64,000 nt of DNA from a virus. Shown here piece after piece: positions 1 to 9,995 of the stretch. Both the position numbers and the translations under genes were made by a program. Where the stretch lies: positions 5,737-69,736 of the IMG/VR virus record IMGVR_UViG_3300046462_000310; one strand, written 5' to 3'. Below the pieces are notes generated by a model. It made no database searches, was not told the origin of the DNA, and was given only the letters and a program-made list of their open reading frames with translations. The stretch's first letter is position 1, and each line of letters starts with the position of its first letter.

Positions 1-7
1 TTTCTTC

Positions 8-976
8 GTGTCCCTCGATACGGCGGACTTTGCAGAGGCGGTCAAACGCGCCATAGAGATCCGTGTGCGACCGGAACTCAATCGGGTCCATTCCTTCGAT
101 GCAGAAATTGACGCCTTCCTTGCGCACAAGCGCCGTAAAAACCAATTCACGGTGGCCAGCGCCAATGCACGTAGGTACATCCTGCGCGCGTTCGCCAGGG
201 AGTGCGGCAAGGTCTCCCCCGACTACGTTACTCCACGCGACATTCAGATGTTTTACGACGGAAGGCTTCATCAGTATTCAGCGGTGACGGCGAACGGGTA
301 CGCGATGATTCTTCGCTCGTTTTTTCGGTGGTGCGTAGAGGTCGCGCACATTAGTCGGCAAAACCCATGCAACGGAATAGAGCTCGCCTCCGAGGTTGGC
401 CATAAGATGAGAGACTTTTGCAGTGAAGAGCAGCGTGACCTTCTGATCTCCACTTGTCATCGTGACGATCTGCTGTTTTGCCTGTTTTGTGGTTTTCATG
501 CCGGGCTAAGAAAGAACGAGATCATCGAAGCGCGGCCATTTTGGTTTGACCTTCGCGCTGGGCTCCTGCATCTCCGCAAGACCGCCACTATGAATTTCAA
601 AGATCGAGAGGAACGCACCATTCCCCTTACGGACGGCTTCAAAGCGTTTCTCGATGGCTATGGCCTTCGTGAACCATTTATGTTGCAGCCGACCGTACGA
701 CACGGAAAAAACCGTTATCGTTACGATTTCACTAGACCGTTCAAGTCTCATGTAGAGCTCTGCGGTCTCAAATGGGTTACTCCGCATACCATGCGCCACA
801 CATTCGCGAGTCTTCTCGCAAGCGCCGGCCGCAGCCTCTACAAGATTTCGATCTGGCTCGGAGACGACCCACGCGTTGTAGAACGCCGATACGCCCGCCT
901 TAAACCGAATGATCCAGAGATTGATCCAGCGTATCATTCTGGGAAATCTCCGGATGCCAATCGCTCGACGCATTGA
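8..976 (+). CDS. int: Tyrosine recombinase / phage integrase (start may lie upstream of the window)
   Basis: SAM-like core-binding region, GLRKNE (catalytic R), HTMRH (HxxR), C-terminal Y in VVERRYA; the second His position reads LGD. Confidence 0.9.
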   Translation: MSLDTADFAEAVKRAIEIRVRPELNRVHSFDAEIDAFLAHKRRKNQFTVASANARRYILRAFARECGKVSPDYVTPRDIQMFYDGRLHQYSAVTANGYAMILRSFFRWCVEVAHISRQNPCNGIELASEVGHKMRDFCSEEQRDLLISTCHRDDLLFCLFCGFHAGLRKNEIIEARPFWFDLRAGLLHLRKTATMNFKDREERTIPLTDGFKAFLDGYGLREPFMLQPTVRHGKNRYRYDFTRPFKSHVELCGLKWVTPHTMRHTFASLLASAGRSLYKISIWLGDDPRVVERRYARLKPNDPEIDPAYHSGKSPDANRSTH

Positions 977-1146
977 TCGAGTTGATTCAGGTCGAACAAC
1001 GTCATCCTTGGTCGTTGCACCACGGGTTTAATCCAGCCGGCCTCTCGCATCTTGGCGAACAACGCGGGAACCTTCACGTACAGACCGGCGCCCTCAGCAT
1101 CCGTGAGGCGCTGCGGGGATGATTCAGTGATGACCGAATACCTCAT
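934..1146 (-). CDS. Excisionase-like small winged-HTH protein
   Basis: 70 aa, ALFAKMREAGWIKP...TLFDLNQLDQCVERL pattern; converges on and overlaps the integrase 3' end. Confidence 0.65.
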   Translation of the reverse strand: MRYSVITESSPQRLTDAEGAGLYVKVPALFAKMREAGWIKPVVQRPRMTLFDLNQLDQCVERLASGDFPE

Positions 1147-1534
1147 AACGCGTCCGATGGAACAAGCGCCTGCCGCTTCGGGCTCGGCTCAGCTTTCAGT
1201 AATTCGGGATGCTGCAATAAAAACTCATACGCGCGCTGCCGGCGGTCCAGCGTCGCTTCGCGCTCCCAGCGTCCGTCAACCACAAACTCGATGAGTAACG
1301 CGGTGGCGCAGGCGATCACTGTCATTGCGATGTGCTTCATGGTAACTTCAACGCCTCCCTTATCCTCGTCAGTTGATCCCATCCCTCGTCCACGTTCGAT
1401 ATTTGAATCGCGTGGAGTAACGCCCGCTTCCACGCTGTCGAGCAGTAAGGTTTCGATCGATCCCGTATTCGCCGCAGGCACGTAGCGATGTTTCCGGTTT
1501 CAACCAACTCTATCCGATCAGTTGTCGTTCTCAT
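1143..1534 (-). CDS. Two small hypothetical early genes (about 1143-1340 with a TM segment, and 1337-1534)
   Basis: Start/stop codon overlaps with neighbouring genes; no recognisable motif. Confidence 0.45.
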
Positions 1535-2670
1535 TTTTTCTTCCTCGTTAAACTCGGCTTCTGTGTTCCACGCTCGAGCACTGGTTCAAGTGCGCTTTCG
1601 ACAGCTTCTTTTGCTTCCTGCCAGGTGCACTTCTTTTTGGCGCGCACCTTTTCCTCGATGTCGTGCAGCTTTGGGTCACAGCAGCCAAGTATCTCGTCGC
1701 GCGACAGGTCGCCGCGTAGTGTGAGCAATGAGATCGCGCGCCGCGGATCCGTGATGTCTCGCGTCGGTTTCGGTTTGCCGAGCTGCCACGTATCTAGCCG
1801 ACCAGATTCAACGCGGAACCGCGCTTCATCGCGCGCCAAGTCCTTGATGAACTCTGCAAACTGTATCGACACGAGAACGTGATCGAGTTGTTCATCTGTG
1901 CACGTCGAAAGCGCCTGTTCCGCCGTGGACGCGCGCAGCGTCTTTGATCCCGTTGTGTTCGGGACCAGCATTAAACCCTTTTGCACCTTCGCCTGGTAGG
2001 CCGAGCAAATCAGTTTGGCTTTACAATATCGACACCCATCCTCAGTTGCGACCAATGGAGCATCGTCACGTCGAGACACCAACCTGATATTAGTTAGTTC
2101 AGCCTTAGCGAACTCAATATCCTTGGAGGTGTAGCACGCCATCGTCACGCGTTGCTCGTATGGCAACCGAGGCTGCGTGATGGCAACAACTATGTTCTCC
2201 GGGTGCCACGCGTCGTAGCCAGCGATCGCATATGTGCGCAACTGGTAATTCGCCGCCGCCGGCGTGACTTCCTTGAATCCGAATTTTTTATCTGTTATGA
2301 CCAATAGGCTAATAGCCGGATACAACCGCCACCGATCACAATGCCCAGGGGTTTCGCTCTCGGTGCCAGCCATTGCTATCAATTCCCGCTCCCTGCCTTC
2401 CTCGAATGGCTCGTTCTCTGGTATAGAAAACTTCTCAGTAACGTACGCGAATATGAACTCATCTAAGCCGTTCGATATTCGCAGGAGATGCTGTTGCTGT
2501 GGCCGCAGGACCGCGCGCTCAAGCTTAGGATTGGCGTCAAAACTATGGAGCAGTGTGCCCTCTTGAGACTGCGCAGAATCTTGATCCGGAAGACCCGCTT
2601 CCAATTTCTCGCTACCAGGGCAGATTTCCCTGCGGAAGATGTTACTGGCGCTCGTTACGGCCCTTAGCAT
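1531..2670 (-). CDS. PD-(D/E)XK exonuclease, Cas4-like/DUF2800 type
   Basis: GTLLH, GHCD...ITDKKFG, QLRTYA, C...CRYCKAKLIC Fe-S cysteines; adjacent to the annealing protein gene. Confidence 0.8.
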   Translation of the reverse strand: MLRAVTSASNIFRREICPGSEKLEAGLPDQDSAQSQEGTLLHSFDANPKLERAVLRPQQQHLLRISNGLDEFIFAYVTEKFSIPENEPFEEGRERELIAMAGTESETPGHCDRWRLYPAISLLVITDKKFGFKEVTPAAANYQLRTYAIAGYDAWHPENIVVAITQPRLPYEQRVTMACYTSKDIEFAKAELTNIRLVSRRDDAPLVATEDGCRYCKAKLICSAYQAKVQKGLMLVPNTTGSKTLRASTAEQALSTCTDEQLDHVLVSIQFAEFIKDLARDEARFRVESGRLDTWQLGKPKPTRDITDPRRAISLLTLRGDLSRDEILGCCDPKLHDIEEKVRAKKKCTWQEAKEAVESALEPVLERGTQKPSLTRKKK

Positions 2671-2674
2671 TTAC

Positions 2675-3676
2675 TCAGGCCTTGTTAGCGAATTTAGAAT
2701 CCAGTACACCCGATACAGAATCCCACTCTTCGATGAACGTATAGAGTTGATCGAGGGGGATCTTCTCAAGCGTGTCTTGCTCTTCCGTAGCCCACTCGTT
2801 AGCCTTGGCCACGGTGAGTAGTTGTTCGCGCGTGTAACCATTTTCGGCCAGACGCTTGTCGATTTCAGCTATGGTTTCCGCGAATGGACCTGATGCCCCG
2901 GACACCGGCGGCGTAGACGTACCAGCCTCGAACGGACTAGAGGGTTCAGCCGCCTTCTTATTCTGCTCTTCGGGCTCCTTAGACTTTCCCTTCTTTTTCG
3001 GCTCAGGTTTCGACTCCGGTTCGGTTGGCTGTGGGTTTTCCGGTGCATCCGTTATTTTCGAGAACTTTGGCGACTCAATCACTGGGCCAGTAGAGCTAAC
3101 TACCGTGCCTTCTACGTCGATTACTTCAGAGTCATCTTTCATCCCCATCAATACTTCAGGAGCGTACAGTCTGCCGAAGAATGTCGCGGCCCTGTAACGC
3201 AACATCAGCTCTGGCATCGTCTGCCACTTACTCCCGTTCTTACCGAACCAGCCCTCAGCCTTAGCCATCGCGATCGATGACGGTGGACCTTCGAGCTTCT
3301 CGTTGGTTCCCAGCTCCACCGCCCAGGCTGTGCACTGGCGCTTGTCGCCTTCGCCTTCCATCCTGAATCGCAGTGGAGAGAAATGACCGGTTGAGTTAAT
3401 CGCCGCGATGATGAACTGGCTGCTCCACGCCGGTTTGCCGTGGACGATGTACAGGTTTTGCATCACCGCCATCGGACTGGCGCCCATCCGCGCCGCCATT
3501 TCCAGGGCAATCAGGCAGTTGGGCAGATTGTTCTGGAATGATGTCGGGATGAGGCTCGACTTCGAGATTGCGGTAGCCATGCGCTGCGCGAGATCGAAGT
3601 TTGCCGGTGCGAGTAATGCCGCGGCCGCTAATGTGGTCGCGTTGTTTTGTGGTAGTGCTAGTGATTTTTCAGTCAT
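2675..3676 (-). CDS. RecT/Redbeta-like single-strand annealing protein
   Basis: PMAVMQNLYIVHGKPAWSSQF and WQTMPELMLRYRAATFFGRLYAPEVLMG motifs, acidic disordered tail. Confidence 0.8.
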   Translation of the reverse strand: MTEKSLALPQNNATTLAAAALLAPANFDLAQRMATAISKSSLIPTSFQNNLPNCLIALEMAARMGASPMAVMQNLYIVHGKPAWSSQFIIAAINSTGHFSPLRFRMEGEGDKRQCTAWAVELGTNEKLEGPPSSIAMAKAEGWFGKNGSKWQTMPELMLRYRAATFFGRLYAPEVLMGMKDDSEVIDVEGTVVSSTGPVIESPKFSKITDAPENPQPTEPESKPEPKKKGKSKEPEEQNKKAAEPSSPFEAGTSTPPVSGASGPFAETIAEIDKRLAENGYTREQLLTVAKANEWATEEQDTLEKIPLDQLYTFIEEWDSVSGVLDSKFANKA

Positions 3677-3796
3677 AATATCTGTCGTTTTCTAGGTCTA
3701 GGTTATCGTGTTGCTGTTGGTTGTGATTGTTGCGTCGTAACTGCGCGAAGTAGCAGTAAAGCCCGTAAAGAAAAAGTACCGCGCCTACAATGACGA

Positions 3797-5187
3797 TCAT
3801 TGGTCGAGTAACTGGCGCAAGATCCCGCGCCATTTGTATGCCTTGTTAGTGTGATTGCTAATCCGGTGTTCAATAAGTTGCTGTACGACAGATTCAACGG
3901 TTGGCCGGGGTTTCCGTTTTCCGGGCGCTAAATACCCGCCTTCCACCAAGACGAACGTACCAACTATGTTATTACCGATCCTGACCGACGAGTATTTAGA
4001 CCCATTTGGGTAAGTATCTTCAGTGATATGAAAAGCACGGAGACTCATTTGTGCCTTAGCGGGTATTCCCTGAGTTTCCTGAGCTCCATTTTCTCCCGGC
4101 GAAAGCAGAACAATTGAAATTGCCGCTTGGCCAAGCGCGCGGCAACCTCGGCGTTCTCCGGTTGCCACCCATTGAATTGCGCACGACTCAGGCAGCGCGT
4201 CTGTGTCCGGGCAAAGGCGCCAATAAACCAGCCGGCGCGACGCGCCAGGAAGAGATAAACGACGATCTTAACCTTGATCATCGTATTGCCCCTCGCTTCA
4301 CGTTCAACATATAAAGCGCCGCGTTCCAGGTTGCCCCGAACGCGATCAGTTCGAACACGCACTCCTCCACCAGTATGCCTTCCATGCTCTCGGTGGTAAC
4401 GGGATGCAGCTTTCCGATCTGGCAACGCATAAAGGCATACTGATCGATTGGCTCCATAGTCCTGCAATCGAGCCCGCTCATAGCAACCGCATCTTCCCGC
4501 GTGTAACTACGCTCTGGATCCGGGACTACTGCCGGCGGGTTATCTTCCGCAGAGCTAAACGACTTGTGTAAATCGTCGATCTGGCAAATCACGACGCGCG
4601 CCTCCGTATAGCCATTTCTCTGTCGAACGAGATGATTTGAGCCATTGTCATCGAAACCCACTTGATACCGCGGGACGCAAAGAACCGATCGCAAGCTGCG
4701 TCCATTTCCTTGATCTCGCGCTTGCTAGGCAATCCCTGGTAGGGAAGTTCCCGGAATCCGCATCTAACTTGGATGCCGTCACAAGTCTTGGCCGTCCTGA
4801 ATACCTTTCTAGGTTTCAGTCGGCCACCGTTCGTGGATCTTACCCGATCGTAATACCTGCGCATCCGAAGCGCGTCCTCATTCGGGTTATCGCCCAGTGG
4901 TCGTCCACGTCCACGTTTCGACAGCGTTCCGCTGTCAAGACAGCCGGTTAAATCTTGAAAACTCATTGTGTAATCCTCCTTGGTTTTTGTATCAACGCCT
5001 TAGTCGCCGTCCGCACCCCGCGCGCTATAATGATCCCGTCCTTGTTCGTCACACAGATGGAGTTCGGCCCAATCGATACCGTATTCTCGCCGCACGAAGA
5101 AAGGGCTTTATCCCCGAACCTTACCTTGGACTGTGCCTGTAAAAGACAAATTGCATTTCGCACCGCGTCATTGTGTGGGTCCCTCAT
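3797..5187 (-). CDS. Run of five small translationally coupled hypothetical early genes (about 3797-4048, 4045-4281, 4278-4592, 4589-4966, 4963-5187)
   Basis: 4-nt start/stop overlaps; 4589-4966 has an AT-hook-like GRGRP. Confidence 0.5.
4920..4936. promoter_or_regulatory. 17-bp dyad operator, perfect copy
   Basis: GACAGCG-TTC-CGCTGTC followed by AA (TTGACA on the minus strand). Confidence 0.7.
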
Positions 5188-5420
5188 TGTACCGTCGCCT
5201 TTCCGTTTGCCGCCTTCCGAATCAACGCTTCCGCCTCCGCGATATATTTCGTTGGCAGAAACGCGCGCAGCGCCATGTTCATGGTCTGCGAGATCGTGTG
5301 CGTGGTTTCCTTGTTGTAGAGCGCCAGTGCGTGAGCAATAACGTCGTTAGCGCGAAACTGAGGCCGAGTGCTTATCGGCTTCTCGTTAGGAGTGATTAAG
5401 CGAGATTTAGATACCGGCAT
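5184..5420 (-). CDS. Ribbon-helix-helix regulator in the Cro-like position
   Basis: RPQFRAN beta strand plus two helices (TISQTMNMALRAFL); first gene of the leftward operon. Confidence 0.6.
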   Translation of the reverse strand: MPVSKSRLITPNEKPISTRPQFRANDVIAHALALYNKETTHTISQTMNMALRAFLPTKYIAEAEALIRKAANGKATVQ

Positions 5421-5515
5421 AAAAGAAAAAGGCCATTTGCCAGTATCAGATTCCGCCTTGCTTCTGGGGTCAGGTTTTGGCTGATGGGGTTCATGGATGC
5501 GTCCTTGTTTATCGC

Positions 5516-5569
5516 TGTCTGACAGTGACTACAAGACTTTTTTTAAAATTTCTTCATTTTTGTCTGACA
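5516..5569. promoter_or_regulatory. Two TGTCTGACA palindromic operators (5516-5524, 5561-5569) in an AT-rich divergent promoter region
   Basis: Exact 9-bp dyad repeated; a third copy is at 6006-6014. Confidence 0.6.
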
Positions 5570-5590
5570 AATTTAAATCTTTTACTGTAT

Positions 5591-5944
5591 ATGAGGTGCG
5601 GTTGGAACGAGTTAGATGTGAAAAAACAACACGAAAAAGAAGAGAACCATAAGAAGGCGCACCCCGGCGATTATCCGAAGATCGAAGGCCGCATTAGCCC
5701 GTTGTTGAACCTCGCGCTTGAGCTCTACATGCGCGACCGGCATCTGGAGAACCGTAGCGAGGTGCTCAAGAGCGCCCTGGGACAGTTTCTCGAGCGCGAA
5801 GGCTACCTGGTGAAAACCGTTGGAGAAGAAGTGGGGGAATACAAAGTCACCACTCCGGAGGAACGCGCAACCATTCAAAAAAAGATCGGATTCATTCCCC
5901 AAGCAGTTCGGGAGCAACTGCTGAGATTCACTCCCGGGATGTGA
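5591..5944 (+). CDS. RHH regulator in the repressor-like position (alternative GTG start at 5618)
   Basis: KIEGRISPLLNLALELYMRDRHLENRSEVLKSALGQFL matches the RHH pattern. Confidence 0.65.
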   Translation: MRCGWNELDVKKQHEKEENHKKAHPGDYPKIEGRISPLLNLALELYMRDRHLENRSEVLKSALGQFLEREGYLVKTVGEEVGEYKVTTPEERATIQKKIGFIPQAVREQLLRFTPGM

Positions 5945-6000
5945 AGAAAATGGCATGAAGGTGCGAGGTAATGCCCTACATTTTTCCACGCGTAAAGAAA

Positions 6001-6020
6001 AAAAGTGTCTGACAACTTTT
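6001..6020. promoter_or_regulatory. Operator AAAAG-TGTCTGACA-ACTTTT
   Basis: Third TGTCTGACA copy with extended dyad flanks, immediately before the ATG at 6021. Confidence 0.6.
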
Positions 6021-6293
6021 ATGAGGTCCAAAATCATTAGCTTTCGCGCACCGGCGCCGCTCTACGACGCCATGATGCAGTTGTGCCGTGATAACGGCTA
6101 CGGGGAACTCTCAAACTTTATGATCGCGATTGCACTTCTCTCCATTCAAGATTCCCGCCGTCCCAACTGGATCAAACACATCGCGAACGCCAAACCTAAG
6201 ATACAGGATTTTATGATCGACAGACTGCTTAAGTGGCCACAGGACAAGGAAGGCATGGTCGAGGCGATGAGGCGCATGGATATAAACAAATGA
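6021..6293 (+). CDS. RHH regulator
   Basis: SKIISFRAPAPLYDAMMQLCRDNGYGELSNFM. Confidence 0.65.
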   Translation: MRSKIISFRAPAPLYDAMMQLCRDNGYGELSNFMIAIALLSIQDSRRPNWIKHIANAKPKIQDFMIDRLLKWPQDKEGMVEAMRRMDINK

Positions 6294-6679
6294 CCGACCG
6301 ACAATACAAACCCGATTTGAGCGTCCGATACTCTCCCCGCGTCTCGCGACGACTGCGAAACGCCGTCAACGCCGTGTGCCTCGCCTGCGACATGCCAGAG
6401 GCCGATGTCCTGCGCTACAGCTTTGAAGCCGCCGTATTGACCGCCAGGACGCGCCTACGACGCGCTACAGCGTCCGATCCTGGTCCGCTTGACGCAATGA
6501 TCACCGTCCGCACCAGCCGGCGCATACAGGGCCGCGTAGCGGAGCTGTGGCGCCGTTACCCTAATGTCCTGAAAGCCGATCTACTCCGCGCGCTCGTGGA
6601 TTCAATTCTCAGCGTCGCCCGACACCGAGGCATGGCTTATGTAATGAGACTCAGAGAAGAAGCCTTGCGAAAATTGTAA
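6290..6679 (+). CDS. Tandem double-RHH protein
   Basis: Two RHH-like units: RYSPRVSRRL...EADVLRYSF and MITVRTSRRI...KADLLRALV. Confidence 0.55.
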   Translation: MTDRQYKPDLSVRYSPRVSRRLRNAVNAVCLACDMPEADVLRYSFEAAVLTARTRLRRATASDPGPLDAMITVRTSRRIQGRVAELWRRYPNVLKADLLRALVDSILSVARHRGMAYVMRLREEALRKL

Positions 6680-6785
6680 ATAAAGTGGTTGCGGGTATTT
6701 GGCCTTCCCAATACTTGAAGGCGATGAATGAAAAAAACGGTATTGGGTCCGATTGGAGGGATTGGACTAAGTGAGCCGGCGCTCG

Positions 6786-7400
6786 CTATCGAGCGGAGAT
6801 CCCGCCACCCTCAAAAAATGGCATAGATTTCTTAAAAAATTCCACTCCATCAAGTTGAGAAACCTCTTTGATGTCGAAATTCTCAGGGATGTATTCAGCC
6901 ATCAACTTAGTCAAGGAACTGGCCTGGGGCATGGTGCCAGCCGGAAGCCAAAACACAAAACGAATCATCAGAACGCTCATGCAGGGCGTTCGGTACTTAA
7001 ACACAGCTTCAAAAACCCAAACCGTCGCGGCAAGCAGCATGATGTTTCGATCAGGAACAAAATCTAAGACCTTAGTAAGATCGCGCGATGAGTGTCTTAT
7101 GAAGTCGTATGCACCGGTCAATTGCTCGTGCCCGATTATTTCTGTCAGCCATAGCTTCAATCCGCTTTCGCTCGTTATATCGGACAGGGTTCGATATGCC
7201 GCTGACGCTAAAACGTGAACGCACAAATAGTCTCCGTTATGGAACCAAAGCCGTATCGCGGTATCTATCAGCCGTACCAAAATCTCCTCGCGGTTTATTA
7301 CCACCATGCTGCCGATCTCGATTGCTCTCTCTCTTGCAACAATTTGTTCCGGCGTGAGGGGTTTGGGGTTGCCTCTTCTGCTCTTTCTGCCCTTGCCCAT
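6786..7400 (-). CDS. Accessory (moron) hypothetical protein
   Basis: About 204 aa, helical, lower GC than the flanks; no family recognised. Confidence 0.6.
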   Translation of the reverse strand: MGKGRKSRRGNPKPLTPEQIVARERAIEIGSMVVINREEILVRLIDTAIRLWFHNGDYLCVHVLASAAYRTLSDITSESGLKLWLTEIIGHEQLTGAYDFIRHSSRDLTKVLDFVPDRNIMLLAATVWVFEAVFKYRTPCMSVLMIRFVFWLPAGTMPQASSLTKLMAEYIPENFDIKEVSQLDGVEFFKKSMPFFEGGGISAR

Positions 7401-7415
7401 CTGACAAGCAAGCAA

Positions 7416-7868
7416 TTACACCAACTTATTCTGCACAAGGTAAGCGCGGCCTTTTGGAGAAATTCCCAATGTGGCGGGTCTATCTGTTCCCATCCACGCG
7501 CTTTTTATACCAGTGCTGGTCCATTGAACCATGCCAGCGTCGATTAGAGCGTCCTTATGATAATTGGCCAACCCGACATCAATTCCAAGCTGCTGCGCGA
7601 TTGCTGCAACCGAAAGATCCTGGTTAAAAAGCAATCCAAGGAAATTGATTTCTATTTCTTCGATTATGCGAGTTTTTGGGCGAAAGCTATCAAGTTCTTT
7701 TTCAAGGTTTGCCATCTTCGTTTTAAGCTCCGCGTTCTCCGTCGTGAGCGTTTCGATCTCCTTAGTAAGCAGTCCGAGCTTCTTCTCCTGAAGATCAATT
7801 ACATCTTTTTTGACTCCGGCATTTCTGAACGCATTTGCGATGCTATTCGCGATCTCCTGCCAGTTCAT
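7416..7868 (-). CDS. Coiled-coil plus winged-HTH accessory protein
   Basis: Heptad coil followed by LSVAAIAQQLGIDVGLANYHKDAL...ISPKGRAYL. Confidence 0.65.
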   Translation of the reverse strand: MNWQEIANSIANAFRNAGVKKDVIDLQEKKLGLLTKEIETLTTENAELKTKMANLEKELDSFRPKTRIIEEIEINFLGLLFNQDLSVAAIAQQLGIDVGLANYHKDALIDAGMVQWTSTGIKSAWMGTDRPATLGISPKGRAYLVQNKLV

Positions 7869-7951
7869 TCCGAGCCAGTAAATCAGAGTCCGAACGCCTC
7901 TGACAACCCGATAATTCGACAAGTATGCAACAAAATCGTATATGTGGATTC

Positions 7952-8140
7952 ATGGCAGACCGTGATGCTAACAAAGAGGCTCTCGATCAAGTCGAGCGCG
8001 TTACCGAATCAGAGCCGCTCCAAGGCGATGATTTGCTGGAGTCGCGCGACCTCAGGCAGCAGTTACGCGAGGCCAAAGAGCATCTCAATTCCGACGAAGC
8101 CAGCTCGCCAAAAGACGGTCGAGAAGGCCGGAAAAGTTAG
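7952..8140 (+). CDS. Small hypothetical protein
   Basis: ATG-started 62-aa charged ORF divergent from the 7416-7868 gene. Confidence 0.4.
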   Translation: MADRDANKEALDQVERVTESEPLQGDDLLESRDLRQQLREAKEHLNSDEASSPKDGREGRKS

Positions 8141-8252
8141 GCTCTTTTTCCTTAGCCCTCTCCGCGTTTTCCTGTGTCAGGGTGACGGTGTAAGCCGCTT
8201 TTCCTTCAGGCTTTCGGCCAGCTCCCTCTCGTTTACCGCCTCTCTTTTTCAT
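8085..8252 (-). CDS. 55-aa RHH protein with a basic GGKREGAGRKP N-terminus (not in the ORF track)
   Basis: Hand translation: MKKRGGKREGAGRKPEGKAAYTVTLTQENAERAKEKEPNFSGLLDRLLASWLRRN. Confidence 0.6.
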   Translation of the reverse strand: MKKRGGKREGAGRKPEGKAAYTVTLTQENAERAKEKEPNFSGLLDRLLASWLRRN

Positions 8253-8276
8253 TTGAAACAATACGTATCTTTTCTA

Positions 8277-8318
8277 TTGACTAAGATTGAATCTATACGT
8301 ATTCTTTCAACCAGTCAA
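8277..8318. promoter_or_regulatory. Overlapping divergent sigma70 promoters
   Basis: Plus strand TTGACT-17-TATTCT (8277-8305); minus strand TTGACT-17-TAGATT; internal dyad AGATTGAATCT. Confidence 0.7.
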
Positions 8319-8327
8319 GAAACACGT

Positions 8328-9191
8328 ATGGCAAATAAAAGACTCTCTAAAGATAAGCAGGCTTTAGTTTTGGCTGCGCTGTGCGAAGGCACGCCAATCC
8401 GCGCGTGTGCACGCATGTTCAAGACTAGCAAGAACGCTATCAAGCGTGTCATTCGCGAAACCGGAGAGGCCTTCGCGGATTACATGGACAAGGAATTTCG
8501 CGATCTTCCATGCAGCCGAATCGAGATGGATGAGCAATGGCAATATGTCGGCGCTCACGGAAGCAGGCTAATTAAGCCTGAGTCCGAACGCGGCGATTTC
8601 TGGCTATGGTGCTGCATCGACGCTGACACAAAGCTTGTCTTTTCGCATCGTGTCGGAAAGCGCGATTGGTGGACAGGAAACCAGTTTGTGGAGGATGTTC
8701 GCAATCGCGTGAGGCTTCCCGTCCAGATCGCGACCGACAATCACAGGCCATACGCTTTTCATATCCGGCAGCACTTCGGGTATGAGGGGTACGCTTACGG
8801 AACAGAAACAAAGATATTCGGCGCGCCGAAACTGACCGATGGCACGCTGGCACGTCTTGGACGCAATGAAGGCGTTCGCAAGATGGAGACAGCGGAGCGC
8901 AAGGTTGTAATAGGCGCGCCGGACTTAGAAAGCCTCACTACGAGTCATATAGAGCGGGCATTTCTGACCGTGCGGCAAGAGCTCAAGCGATTTGAACGCA
9001 AGGGTCTTGGCTACAGCAAGAGCCTCGAAATGCACAAGCTGGCCGTGGCGCTCCACTTTGGCGTCTACAACTTCGTTCGAAAACATCACACGCTAGGGAC
9101 AACGCCAGCAGTCGCGGCAGGGCTTGAAGAGAAGCCGTGGAGTTTAGAACAGGTCATTGAAATGACGGCGGCTTACTGGGCGACCAGATGA
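8328..9191 (+). mobile_element. IS1-family DDE transposase (287 aa); no terminal inverted repeats identified
   Basis: N-terminal HTH, EMDEQW, WLWCCIDA, IATD, HIER, YNFVRKH...TPAVAAG. Confidence 0.85.
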
Positions 9192-9995
9192 ATCGGACCC
9201 AACACCAAAAAAACCAACACACGCCCGGGCCGTGGACATCGGCGCAACAAGATACTGGTAAAGTAGCAATCTTTTCGGATTGCGAATATCACCAACGAAT
9301 CTGCGAAATGGACGACTTCACGATCGGCATGGGGCCGATGAGTGAAGGCAAAAAAACCGGAGATTTTGGAAATCGTCCAACTGGAACATGGGGACATGAA
9401 GCGGACACTGATCGACGCGCCGCAAACGCCCGCCTGATCGCTGCTGCGCCAGAGTTACTACGCGCCTGCCAGTCCGCACTGGCATACTTGGGCGAGCCAC
9501 CGTTCAGTAAGCGAAGCAAGTTCAAAAGCAATAGGCTGGCCGCGCTCAATATAATTCAGAACGCAGTCAAACTCACAACGCCACCGAAGGAGGACGCATG
9601 ACAAACTCACCGGACATCAAAGCTCTCCGTGTTAAAACCGAAACGATCAAAAGATACTACGTCGAATATCCGGGCGGAGACATTTACGGCGGACCCTTCG
9701 ACACGAAGGAAGAGGCCAAAGAGTGCCTAAAGCAGGCTCGGGAAATCGACGCTCAACACCCAATCCAATGAGCGATACCCGAACGCTATCTGACAAGGTG
9801 ATGCAGGCCAAAGCAGAGGTCTTGCGACGAATCAAGTGCCCGTTATGCGAGCAATCAGTTAGAGTCAGGCGAGAAGCAACCGGTTACACCTACATCGATC
9901 GGCACTTTATCAGACGATCAAAACTCTCCAGGAGCTTCGGAACGAATTGGAACAAACCAGTTCTTTGCCAGCGTAGCTTCGACCCTCAGCCTTAA
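9188..9995 (+). CDS. Three coupled small phage-type genes (9188-9601, 9598-9771, 9768-9995)
   Basis: HTPGPW...ANARLIAAAPELL motif; GPFDTKEEA motif; CPLC Zn-finger; ATGA overlaps. Confidence 0.6.

Noticed and set aside
1-1146. att site near the integrase
   Set aside because: No repeat or host junction is identifiable; it probably lies left of the window
1531-2670. Cas4-like gene as evidence of a CRISPR system
   Set aside because: No array or other cas genes; it is paired with a RecT-like gene as a recombination module
7557-8327. Long N-terminal extension of the 544-aa transposase ORF
   Set aside because: It is antisense to real genes, and a consensus promoter precedes the ATG at 8328
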